DNA of 64,000 nt. Source: Octopus bimaculoides (taxonomy: Eukaryota). A model generated the notes under the pieces. The model saw nothing but the letters and a program-made list of their open reading frames with translations, was not told the origin of the DNA and did not search any database. The position numbers were made by a program, and so were the translations under genes. The DNA lies in assembly GCF_001194135.2 (NCBI RefSeq), contig NC_068983.1, forward strand, positions 36,014,150 through 36,078,149, given 5' to 3'. Below, piece after piece: positions 38,871-50,509 of this stretch. Position 1 is the stretch's first letter; the number at the start of each line of letters is the position of its first letter.

Positions 38871-41524
38871 CTGAAGGAGAACCCTACCAAATCTTCTGGG
38901 GTTTTGTTTGATACACAAACACACTCATACATACATACAGATATATATANNNNNNNNNNNNNNNNNNNNNNNNNNNNNNNNNNNNNNNNNNNNNNNNNNN
39001 NNNNNNNNNNNNNNNNNNNNNNNNNNNNNNNNNNNNNNNNNNNNNNNNNNNNNNNNNNNNNNNNNNNNNNNNNNNNNNNNNNNNNNNNNNNNNNNNNNNN
39101 NNNNNNNNNNNNNNNNNNNNNNNNNNNNNNNNNNNNNNNNNNNNNNNNNNNNNNNNNNNNNNNNNNNNNNNNNNNNNNNNNNNNNNNNNNNNNNNNNNNN
39201 NNNNNNNNNNNNNNNNNNNNNNNNNNNNNNNNNNNNNNNNNNNNNNNNNNNNNNNNNNNNNNNNNNNNNNNNNNNNNNNNNNNNNNNNNNNNNNNNNNNN
39301 NNNNNNNNNNNNNNNNNNNNNNNNNNNNNNNNNNNNNNNNNNNNNNNNNNNNNNNNGTGTGTGTATGGACGAGGATAGTTGTGTAAAGAAGTAGTTCTAG
39401 GAGTAGTTGGCGTTAGGAAGGGCATCAAGCTGTAGAAATCATGCCAAATCAGACTAGAGTCTGGTGCAGCCCCTCAGCTTACTAGCCTTGGTCAAACCGT
39501 CCAACCCATGCCAACATGGACAACGGACATTAAATGATGATGATGATGATGATGTGTGTGTGTGTGCATGTGTGTGTATTTTACATATATATTCATTTAT
39601 CTACATGTGTTTTCATGCTTGCATGTTGCATGAACATTTTATTTAAGGTAGTCTTTTATAGCTGGATGCCTTTCCTGATGCTAACCTTCACCTGTTTTGC
39701 AAGAAGAAATCACTTATTCTACACAGCTTTAAAGGCATGAAGTGTCTGAATGATTTTTTGACAGGACAAACAGAGAAGAACACTGCCTGTAATACTTTCT
39801 CACATGCAATTGTATATATAAACAAGCACACAGACATACATGCAAGCATAAACAGACAGACACATACATACACAAAACAGTCGTTTCAGTATCTGTCTAT
39901 CAAATTCACTCACAAGGCTTAGGTCAGCCTGTGGCTATAGTAGAAGGCATTGCTCAAAGTGCTGCACAGTGGGACTGAACCAAAAATGATGTGGTTGGGA
40001 AGCAAACATCTCAACCACACAGCCATGTATGCACCAATGTAAACTCATTCTCATTAAAGATAAAAACCACGCAAGAAATTATTACTAATAATTACCATAA
40101 CTTCGTTTAAATAGTGGACATTCGATTCAATCAAGGCCTCTAGGTTCTGAGCAGATTTCAAGAGAAACAGCATCAAAGCAGTCCAGCAGATAATGACAGC
40201 CAATATGGAAACCCTGGAATACATAATTAATAGAAATGTGAATCTTCCCATGAACCAATTTGCTCTTTTTCCACTCATGTATCTTTAACCCTTTTGTTAC
40301 CATATTTCTGTTGAGATACTCTGTGTTTCTTCCAATTAATTTTAAATATAACAAAGAATTTACTAAAATAACTTAGTAATCATTCAGCTAGTGTTAGGAA
40401 CATAAATTGTGACTAAGGTTTGGTGGAAGATTTTAATTCAGAGCTTTTGAAAGTAAGACATTTGTACTATAGAGCCAGAGGCGGTTTCAGCCAGATTGGT
40501 ATCAAAAGGGTTAAATAAACATCATACAATCTTGTCATAAACTTTTTGCTTCTTTTTTATTATTAAATGTTGATAATTATTTTAGTAACCGTGAAATACA
40601 TACAAAATATATTTTATTGTTTTCAGGTTTATATTTAGAAATAATTTGCTATATTTAGACCTGAAGATTCATAAAAGGTTGGTCTGCTAATCCTCGTCAG
40701 CTCATAAGGATCCATAGGGCTAAGCATGTAATTATGGTATCTATAGTGTTAATCAGATGAGAGATAAAACTTTCCCTAGAGTCACTAAAATATTACAGGG
40801 AGGTCTACCTGTTTGAGAAATTGAATTCATTCTTGCTTGTCAATGAAGTACAGTCCTGTTACTTTTGTTTATAATGGTGGACTACACCATCCAATAATAA
40901 GTAACCAGGGAGAGAGGGATTGATGAGCAGCAGTATGGAGGAGTGACAACTGTGTGTATCAGATACAGAGTTCTGATGCAATTCTTTGTTACTCAGGTAG
41001 CGTGAGGGGTGAGAGGTGATGGTTGAGGGAAATGAATGCAGTTAGATCTAATGCTTTTCATTGTGGCATGGGTGACATGGTACTGTGAATAGGAAAGAAG
41101 GTGAAAGAGAGGAGAGGCTATTGAAAAGGCTGTGTGCATGTGTGTGAGGATACCTTGTGGTATTTGTTCTTTACATTTTAAGTTGAAATCCCACCATGGC
41201 CTACTTGAATAACAGACTTAATCCATCACCCAGGTTTTACACCACCATCTGCCATTTCAAGTGCCTTTGGCAGAGTCCACTCTGTTGCAAGCATTTCAGC
41301 CAGGTGTTCAGTTTGAGGATGCTTCCCTCCATCCTTTTCACCAGTTTTGGGGCCTCTGTAAAGGGTCATGGACACCATCATACTTCCTGACTAAAAGATA
41401 AAATATTAGGTTGTCAAATTAATCTCCCCATTTTAATTCTTTCCACTGTTATTTGAATTAACAAAAGATATTTTACTGAAGTGTTTTATGGGTTTTTTTT
41501 TGTAGCTCCATTCTTGCTCTACTA

Positions 41525-41764
41525 CAGTGGTTCTCAACCATTTTTGCCTATGGACCCCGTTTATTCCTATTTTACTTGGGTGGACCCTCAATATTTAAGA
41601 ATATCCAATTATATTTTTATAAGTAAATATTAAGAACTGTATCAAAATTGTTAAAATATTTTGTGTATTGTAGAAGTATAACCAAATTTATTGCACATAA
41701 ATTCTAAGAATAAAATCTTGTATGAACCTCTAACGGTCAGATGAACCCTGTCTGAGAACCTCTG
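41525..41764. mobile_element. hAT-type MITE
   Basis: TIR CAGTGGTTCTCAAC / TGAGAACCTCTG, with an 8-bp TSD CTCTACTA / CTCTACAA (7 of 8 match). Confidence 0.8.
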
Positions 41765-42544
41765 CTCTACAACTTTTGTTTATTGTTTTTGAAATCTGAA
41801 TAAATTTTACCTCTTTTCAGATGGGTGATGAAGAAGTCATCATTGTTTAACGTCTGCTGTCCATGCTGGCATGGGTTGGACAGTTTGACTGAGGACTAGC
41901 AAGCCAAGAAGCTGCACCAGGTTGCAATCTGATCCAGTGAGGTTTCTACAGTTAGATGCCTTTCCTAATGTCAACCACTCCAAGAGTGTAGTGGGTGCTT
42001 TTTATATGCCACTGGAATGGGAGCCAGTCAGGAGGCACTGGCATTGACCACACTCGAGTGATGCTTTTTATGTGCCACTGGCATGGGAGCTAGTCAGGTG
42101 GCACTAGCATTGACCATGTTCGAGTGGTGCTTTTTACATACCACTGGCACGAGAGCCAGTCAGGAGGCACTGGCATCGACCACACTTGAATGGTATTTTT
42201 TACGTGCCACCGGCACTGGCATCATACCAAGTAGAAAAAAAAATGAAAATTTATTTGACGACTCAATTTAAAAAGTTATTAAAGAATCACACATTTGGTG
42301 AAAATACAATTTTGGTGTATTTTTCAGCAAATAATAAATAGAAAAAAAACCCCCACATATAGACACAGATTTAAATAGATATCAATGAGTCATACCATCG
42401 TCTGATTCTGTTTGGTGACAATTTGTTTTTAGCATAAATACTTTCAAAGAGGTAATAAAACAGAAGCAGAACACCACATATGTACAACAAAATATAGATT
42501 TGGTAACGCCGAGAGGGATGTGACATATCAAATGATTCAGTTAC

Positions 42545-42550
42545 CTCTGC
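42545..42550 (-). other. Candidate 6-nt microexon (GCAGAG) of the uncharacterised membrane protein gene
   Basis: Minus strand reads ATTCTCTTTTCTTCTTTTAG|GCAGAG|GTAACT: a strong acceptor and a good donor 6 nt apart, frame-preserving. Confidence 0.55.
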
Positions 42551-43093
42551 CTAAAAGAAGAAAAGAGAATTATATTTACTTCACATACCACATTGTCAAA
42601 ACTGTCATCATCATCATCATTGTCAACAACAGTATCATTTTAACATGCTTTCTTTTTAATGCTACAAAGGACTGAGCATCTCTTCCTGCAATTAGATCTT
42701 TCATTATAGACACAGGTATGGATGCACAATCACCTGGCTGCAAATTCCACTTTGCAGCCAGGTGATTCTATTTTTGATATCACTGTGCAGCATCTTGGAA
42801 AGTGTCTTCTACTATAGCATCAGATTGGCCAATACATTACGAGTGGAATTTGGCAGATGGAAACTGTGTGGAAGCCTATCACATGTGCGCGCGCGTGTAT
42901 ATATATATATTTCTTTTCTTTTACTTGTTTTAATCATTGGACTGCAGCCATGCTGGAGCATTGCCTTGAAGGATTTATTTGGACAAATTTCATCCCCTTA
43001 GTATTTATTCTATTGGTTACTTTTGCCTAACCGCTAAATTATGGGGATATAAACAAACCAGTGGTGGAGGACAAACACACACTCATATACATA

Positions 43094-43560
43094 CAGGGCA
43101 TTTGAGCTAAATTTGATGACCTTTTGCCTTCTTTTTTTCAGGAATAGCTTGATGAATTGGTGAACAGTGAATGGTGCTGGAGAGCTAAAAGATTAAAGTC
43201 GTAGTTGAGAAAAAGTTCGCTGACATGGAGGACTGGAAGCCGTCAGAATATTAGAAAAAAATTATTTGCATCATGATGATTTGCACTGGGCATCAAAATG
43301 CTGACATCATGACTACTGCTCAATGCTCTGTGAACACTGTAAAGGCTGTAAGACAAGACACGGACAGCAGCAATGGAGATTAGAAAACCATGGCCAGCAG
43401 AAAAGGACACAATTGGCTCTGACTGTGTCCACACACTGGAATTCATCCTCACATCTTTGAATAAGGCCTTAGTTTCAATTCAGATGGCTATGTGAAGCTA
43501 CTGGAGACTGGAGTCAATTCCTGTCTGGAGAGAGTTGTTGTTGATGTCCATGGGGTCAGT
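43094..43560 (+). mobile_element. Degenerate maT/DD37D-like Tc1/mariner remnant
   Basis: Starts TA|CAGGGCATTTGAG. Decayed frames EAVRILEKIICIMMICTGHQNADIMTTAQCSVNTVKAVR and PHIFE*GLSFNSDGYVKLLETGVNSCLERVV resemble the recalled maT transposase N-terminus and pre-second-Asp segment. Confidence 0.7.
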
Positions 43561-43877
43561 ATATGACTAGAGTTATATTCAAGTTTTTGTGGAATTATGT
43601 AAATGAGAAGAAATGTTTTCTAGGAAAGGACAGCAGTCTAGTGCAGTGGACTTCTACCAACTGCTAAGATAGAGTGTCTCACTAAATGCACAATAAAACA
43701 GCTGCAAGAGATTTGACTTATTACTTAAGTCTTTTGTCTCCAATGAAGCATTGGCCATTGATGTTTTTGTTCCATTGTTCTTGACTTTGGCCTGCCTTTC
43801 TACCTCCTTTGTGGGTTCATGTGTTTTTTTGAGGGAATGCTTTCCTCTCCCATGTCTTGTTGATTTTAAATTATCAT

Positions 43878-44243
43878 ATAGGCTGTGTGGTAAGTAGCTT
43901 GCTTACCAACCACATGGTTCCAGGTTTAGTCCCACTGTGTGGCACTTTGGGCAAATGTCTTCTACTATAGCCTGGGGCTGACCAAAGCCTTGTGAGTGAA
44001 TTTGGTAAACGGAAACTGAAAGAAGCCCATCGTATATATGTATGTGTCTGTGTTTGTTCCCCCCCAACATCGCTTGACAACCGATGCTGGTGTGTTTACG
44101 TCCCCGTAACTTAGCGGTTCGGCAAAAGAGTCCGATAGAATAAGTACTAGGCTTACAAAGAATAAGTCCCGGGGTCGATTTGCTTGACTAAAGATGGTGC
44201 TCCAGCATGGCCACAGTCAAATGACTGAAACAAGTAAAAGAGT
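43878..44243 (+). repeat. tRNA-derived SINE, family with central GCCTTGTGAGTG(G/A)ATTTGGTAGACGGAAACTG
   Basis: tRNA-like head with a B-box-like GGTTCAGTCCC consensus, a central microsatellite and tail GCATGGCCACAGTCAAATGACTGAAAC. Other copies at ~290-652, 5858-6220, 15720-16065, 20388-20757(-), 28755-28990(-), 39880-40025(-) and 52325-52705. The central domain resembles MetaSINEs as recalled, unverified. Confidence 0.88.
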
Positions 44244-45172
44244 ATATACACATCCATTTTAACCACTCAGAAGTGGTGGTGCATATTATTCTAGCCTCTA
44301 TGCTTTGACCTGTCCAGCACTGGAGGTACTACCAGGAGTTTGTGCTCTGCTAGCATAACTCTCAAGGTCATTGAGACACACAAGCCATAAGGACTGGACC
44401 TTGTGGTGGAAAGGATTTGAGCACATGACCTACGAACGGACAGGTCAATACCTTATTCACATTGTCATTTACCATTGAAATTTGAAAAGAAATACTCACC
44501 AACAGATTTAGAAAATCTGCATGCCAGAAGACTACACTGTCATGGAATTTGTTGTAATCAGAAGATATTAAAATGGGATGACTGATGGAAAAATTATTTA
44601 GTTTCTCGGATAACAACTGTAATTTTGTAAATGTGTAACCTGAAAGGAAAGATAATGATATTTAGAGTACTGACCTCAGTTTTAATCTTCCACCAAAATT
44701 TCATATTAATTTATGTTCCAAAAAACCAGCTTAATGTTTATAGTCATTTCATTAAATTCACCAGTGCCAATGCCATATAAAAAGCACCCATGCCAGTGTC
44801 ATGTAAAAGCTTCTGTGCCAACTCCATGTAAAGAGCACCCGTTCCAGTGCCACATAATATGCACTTATGCTGGCGCCACATAACAAACACCCATGCCAGT
44901 GCTACATAAAAGGCGTCAATACACTCTGTAAAGTAGTTGGCATTAAGAAGAGTATCCAGCCATAGAAACCATGCCAAAACAGATGACTGGAACCTGGTGC
45001 AGCTCTCTAGCTGGCCGGCTTCTGTCAAACCAACCAACCAACCAACCCATGCCTACATGGAAAACAGATGGTAAATTATGAATTTCCATTATTTTCAAAA
45101 TTAATTGAAATAAAGGCAGTGCATTTCAACAGAAATATGGTAACAAAAGGGTTAATAAATAAAGTTTCTTAC

Positions 45173-46028
45173 CATGAATTTTGAAAAAGAAATAGGCGGC
45201 AACAAAAATGAGGATAGTGAAAAGGGTTATGAGTTGGAGTAGGTCAAACTTGTTTAATCTCATCTTCGCCATATCTGGCCAAATGGAGACACCACCACCA
45301 ACAGCAAGTTTACTGGAATTTTGTTTGGCAGCAGCATGTTTATCAATAAGTATTTTACGTTTTTCTTCAATAGGTCGACCTGTAAGATAAGAGTGTATTA
45401 TAACAATAAAATGTTAATTTGTTTTCTGTAGTTCAAAGTGCCGATTACCACTCCACTCTTTCTGTGCTAAAATGATCCAATGAAAGAGAGAGTGTCACAT
45501 CACAAGCATGCACTCTACTAGAAATAGCAGCCAAATCTCTTTCAAATCACATCTTACTACCTTGAAAAAAGGGAAGGACATATTGGATAAATAATAGTAT
45601 AGCTGGTGGGGACAATGGTTGAAGGCCCACTTCAGATGGCACTTTTAATGGGGTGACTGTTTTGGGTCTAATCTCTTTAATGTCTTGTAAATTTATAAGA
45701 AACCAGCAAAACAAAACAAAAAGACAATAAAATTTTTTACTTTACCTGGTGTAAGTCGTAACTGTGCTAAAGTAGGACTCACAGTTTTCTTTGAATAACC
45801 AAGTCGTGTCTTTGATTCTAATTCCTCCAGAAACTTCTGTTTGATTATATAAAAATCAATTTCTGAAGACTCTGGTGGTTCTTGTTTCTTGGACCTTTGT
45901 CTAGGCTCTGAAGCAGTTACAGCTAATGTAGGAGTGCTTAGACTGGTTTCTTTTCTCATCGGAGTACTAGACTTATGTGATATACAAGCAGTTGAAGAAA
46001 ATTCTCGTTCTCTACAGCCAGTCCGCAT
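45173..46028 (-). CDS. Uncharacterised single-pass membrane protein, coding exons 1-2 (residues 1-163)
   Basis: Exon 46073-45746 (acceptor TTTATTCAG, in-frame upstream TGA, ATG 46028, donor CCAG|GTAAAG) splices in phase 1 to exon 45379-45173 (TTACAG| ... CATG|GTAAGA). The joined frame is open and ends ...GRPIEEKRKILIDKH...LLQLITLFTILIFVAAYFFFKIH, with one ~20-aa hydrophobic helix. No family recognised. Confidence 0.8.
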
Positions 46029-46794
46029 CTTGGTAAGATATGATCATCTCTGATACAAGCTAGACAGATATTTCTGAATAAAGAATCAAAAACAAATTTA
46101 AGAGTTAATAACAGTGGTTCTCTTCAGAAATCTTACGATTGGTGGAAATGATCAGAAAGACAACCATCACTCCATTGCTTATGATGACAAAGGTTCCAGT
46201 TGATCCAACCAATGGAACAGCCTGTTTGTGAAATTAATGTGCAAGTGGCTGAGCAATCCATAGACACACGTACCCTCAGTGTAGTTCTCAGGGAGGTATA
46301 GTGAGACAAAATGTGACAAGGCTGGCCCTTTGAAATACAGGTACAACACATTTTCACCAGCCAAGTGGACAGGAGCAACGTGAAATAAAGGGAGCCAGTC
46401 AGGAGGCACTGGCAACGGCCATGATTTTATTGTGTGAGGCTGGATCTGGCCGGTTTGAATGCTAAAGTGTTAAAAAATCTTAATGCTAAAGTGTTAAAAT
46501 TAATAGATTAATTTATTAGTGGAGCACTGAACTACATTTTAAAAGTTAGTCAAGGAAAGATGGGCAGTGTCCAGGAACTTAACAGGCCCATTCAGCCTGT
46601 TGCAGTGTAGCCCGCCTGCCCTCAATATGTGCAAGTAAATGTCTTGAAGAAAAATATAGGCAGGAAGGGAATTGGTGCCTGGCTGAATGCCTGCACAATA
46701 GTGGACTCAGTTAAAGACATCAAAAGACCAGGTAATGACGTTAAATCATGCAGCTTAATGTCATTATTTGATAGCATATTACCATTGTTTGATA

Positions 46795-47163
46795 TCTGTT
46801 GGCACTCCGTCGCTTACGACGTCGAGGGTTCCAGTTGATCCGATCAACGGAACAGCCTGCTCGTGAAATTAATGTGCAAGTGGCTGAGCACTCCACACAC
46901 ACGTGTACCCTTAACGTAGTTCTCGGGGATATTCAGCGTGACACAGTGTGACAAGGCTGACCCTTTAAATTATAGGCACAACAGAAACAGGAAGTAAGAA
47001 TGAGAGAAAGTTGTGGTGAAAGAGTACAGCAGGGTTCGCCACCATCCCCTGCAGGAGCCTCGTGGAGCTTTAGGTATTTTCGCTCAATAAACACTCACAA
47101 CGCTCGGTCTGGGAATCGAAACCGCGAGTCTGCTGCCCTAACCACTGGGCCATTGCGCCTCCA
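46795..47163 (-). repeat. Near full-length tRNA-derived SINE, third family
   Basis: Minus-strand head GTGGAGGCGCAATGGCCCAGTGG (A box) ... GGTTTCGATTCCC (B box). A truncated sibling lies at 46130-46390 and a related copy at ~21500-21850. Confidence 0.85.
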
Positions 47164-47400
47164 CTTTTGATATATCAACGAGTAACTATCAAATTATATA
47201 AGATACCTGATAATAGTAATACAAATTGCACATCTATGTATATTATGTGTACAGGTTGAATGTTTCTGTATATGCTCAGGAAACATTTTCTAATCTGGTA
47301 TGAATCATAATAGATATTGCTGGTGCAAGATCAACAACTTTTCATAGGAGCCAATATGTGTTTGGTTCACTTGCTAGAAATAGCAGCCAAATTCCTTTCT

Positions 47401-48095
47401 GGCATCCCTACACAAGTGTACCTCACTGACTTTGTTTGCTCATAACGTCCAGGAAAATGCACATTTTTTAATGAAAATTTTTACAAATCTGCTTCAGATT
47501 ATGCAGATTTTGATTGTATCAGAATTTGCTATAAAAATGTTTTTTTTCAATGTTGGGGAGGGGACTTTCTGAAAAATTCACAAAAGTTGATTTTGTTTCT
47601 TCATAACTTTCAGAAAAATGGGAACTATTTTTTTAACGAAATTTCTACAAATACCTCTCAGATGGTATAGATTATAGTTATATCGGAATTTATGAAAAGA
47701 AAAAAAAAAGAAAAGAAAAAGTGGTGGGCTTGTACACGTAATATACTGACAAACATACCAATTTTTTTTTCGAAATTTCAAGTTTCATTTTGTGATGTGA
47801 GTCCACCAATTTTTTTTTCCATATTCATTTCCAATATAATCGTATTATACATAATTTGAAAGGTATTTATAGAAAATTTCATTGAAAAAGTTATGAGGAA
47901 ATAAAGCCAACTCGCGAGAATTTTCTGAAACTCCTCTCCCCGTCCCTAGTAAAACGTTTCCCACCAAAATCCTATATAATCGGAACCTACACCATCGAAC
48001 ATTTCATTTACAAATATCTATTTTCCTGGAAGCTATGAGGAAACAAATTCGGGTGGAGCAGGGGACCGAGGATGGTACATTTGCGTAGGTATGCC
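47401..48095. mobile_element. Non-autonomous TIR element with subterminal repeats
   Basis: TIR GGCAT(C/A)CCTAC(A/G)CAA(G/A)TGTACC at both ends, with repeated TTTGTTTCCTCATAAC motifs in both orientations. Partial relative at 32776-33080. No clear TSD. Confidence 0.7.
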
Positions 48096-48299
48096 CCCTC
48101 TTGAATTGTCCTCTGCTGTCTTTAAAAAAAAGAATACGTACTTGAAAATGTAGTCTGCGTTAAACTATGACTGAAAAGACGAGATGGCCACGGCTAGAAC
48201 GCCTTTGATCATAGGTCTGCTGGACGTGGTCTAACTGGGGCTAAACTATTCACTATCCATCCAGATAAATCCAAAAATTCTTGATTCATAAAACATTCT

Positions 48300-49080
48300 A
48301 AATTTGATCTCACCTATCTGTCAGGTAAATTAAGGGGTGTGGGTTTAATCCGCCCTTTAGGTCAAAAGCAAATATACTTCGTTGGGGGTGGAGGTGGAAT
48401 CAAATAACTGTATAATAACGAAAAGTAAAAAAGTTATTTTGCTGATTTTTGAATCTTAGACGAGCAATTAGATTACTTTTAAACGATTTGTTGTTAATGA
48501 AAAGAAACCGGATTTTCTTCTGTAAATGTTTAAAAATTACAAATTTAATTTTTTAAACTTAGCACCTTCTCAACGCAATAAAACGCAATTTTCTATTTGG
48601 TAAAGAAATTTAAAAAAACATGCCAGGAAAGTTGTTTTCATAAAAAGTTTATCAAATTGACAAAAGTAATTGAAATTATTTAAAAAGAATATTAACATAC
48701 ACACAAATGAGGCAATAATGTAGAAATGTGAAGTAAAATTAATTAAACGATACAAACCTATACTTTTGGAACATTCAGTCTGGTCAAAATATTGTCAACT
48801 TAGAACCCGTATCTAAGTTTGGAGACAATTAGTGAGTAAAAGAATATATTTATTAATAAGTGTATCAATATAAGGGTATTATTAAAATATATTTACAAAT
48901 ATATTGACTCCTCTAAAATATATTCAAACCTCTATATTTGAGTATTAACAATGAAAATTATTTAGTGATATTTAGCTAAAACGATATGCGGTTTTATTTC
49001 TGAAACTAGCTCCGGTTGTTTAAATTCCCCGCCACGAACAGGTACAGGTTTCTTTGAAAACTCGTTTGTCGACTTTGTAA
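48300..49080. promoter_or_regulatory. Putative bidirectional promoter between the membrane-protein gene (-) and CENP-H (+)
   Basis: Repeat-free, locally CpG-retaining stretch with GC-box-like CCGCCC at ~48350 and CCCCGCC at ~49027. Candidate first-exon donors point outward: GATAG|GTGAGA on the - strand at 48314 and |GTAAGT on the + strand at 49077. Confidence 0.45.
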
Positions 49081-50265
49081 GTAACTTTAGCTTTAATAAT
49101 TGATCTTTGAAAGATTTTTTTTACTACCTTTACTGAATTATGTTATGCTGTAAATTATTCTAGCGTTTGATTCTTTTGCTCTGTCGTAATGTTTGAATGT
49201 GCAGTAAATTGTAAACATTCCAGATTGGCTAAAGATAGAATTAGGAGTTGAGGTTTGGAATAAGATGAAATGGTCATGGCTAGAACGCTTTTGATCAAAG
49301 GTATACTCGATCAAGGCTGATCAAAGGAACAATTACAACTTCAACTCTTAAGTTTAATATTCTTAAGTCACAACCATTAATTCCTATCGCTCGAGCATCT
49401 CTATTTTAATTTGAGATTGTATACATCCTCCTAGATAAATGATCAGATTTACTGTTTTATTCCTGTTCAAAACCAAACTGAATGAATCAAAAGTTGTGTT
49501 TTATCAATTTCTAGTGATGTTTGTTTACTTTTTTACAAACCAGAGTTCATATTTAATTTGCATCCAAAATATAGTCGAAGCTAACATTCATTAACAGTAC
49601 AATTATTTTAAATATATATATTGTCACAGGTAGAAAATTATTTTATTTAGAAGGCCACATTGAAGTTAGCTATCATCCGACATAAGCTGCATTAAAAAAA
49701 ATATTCTTATACTGCTAAACTTATTGTTATTCTCAAAAACTAACAGTTCAAGAAAATAAAAATAAAATATTTCCTAATAAGCACCACATGGTAACTGCTT
49801 TTTCGGAAATTTATTCGTATTTCCCTATTTTAAACGTAGTTGTAATCCAAACAAATAGTTACAAGTGAAGAGAAGATTTTTCCAGTATAATAATTTCCCC
49901 CTCTAACGTTGTACTCCGTTCAGAGGGTTGCAGGTTCTTAAGTCACCACAGTGGAATTCTCACGTAGGCGTGTAAACACTTGCTTTATGCAAAGTTTTTT
50001 GATATACATATAATAATAGACTACAAATATTGTCAACTGGTAAATACATAGTCTCGTGAATGGTATTGTCAGTTAAGTCGTGGTGGAATCATGATCAGGT
50101 TGGTACATCATAAAGTCATGATATTTTAATAAAATTTACAAGGGAAAAATTATGTTTTTATAAATTTTCTTTTTTCAACCGCCCATCTTCTTGTAGCTGA
50201 TAACTAAATACATTCTTCGGATCCTTCTGATTTGGCGGGCACCATTTTTTATTCATGTTTTATTT

Positions 50266-50399
50266 GGTACTACTAAAGCAGCGCGTTCGGGTCCGCGCTG
50301 CTTTAGTAGTACCAGGGTTAGGGTTAGGATCGACCACTCAAGACTAGCTAGCGCGGACGCGCGACTGCGCGTTCGGGTCCGTGCTGCTTTAGTAGTACC
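50266..50399. mobile_element. 134-bp MITE with 20-bp TIRs and an exact 9-bp TSD (Mutator-like)
   Basis: GTTTTATTT at 50257-50265 and 50400-50408. TIR GGTACTACTAAAGCAGCGCG / CGTGCTGCTTTAGTAGTACC. Confidence 0.85.
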
Positions 50400-50509
50400 G
50401 TTTTATTTAGTGTGTTTTCTACCGAAACACTTTAAAACTTCGTATACTTGTATATTTTGTCTTATAGAACAGAGAAAAAATTTTATATTCGAAGTTATTT
50501 CATGTTAAA

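Noticed and set aside
43243-43452. Hydrophobic minus-strand ORF considered as an exon of the membrane-protein gene
   Set aside because: It is the antisense of the maT-like transposase remnant on the + strand.
47095-47163. tRNA gene
   Set aside because: A and B boxes are present, but it continues into a repeated SINE body and lacks a complete cloverleaf.
50314-50328. Interstitial telomere or chromosome fusion site
   Set aside because: Only 2.5 units, lying inside a TSD-bounded element, with no head-to-head TTAGGG/CCCTAA arrays.
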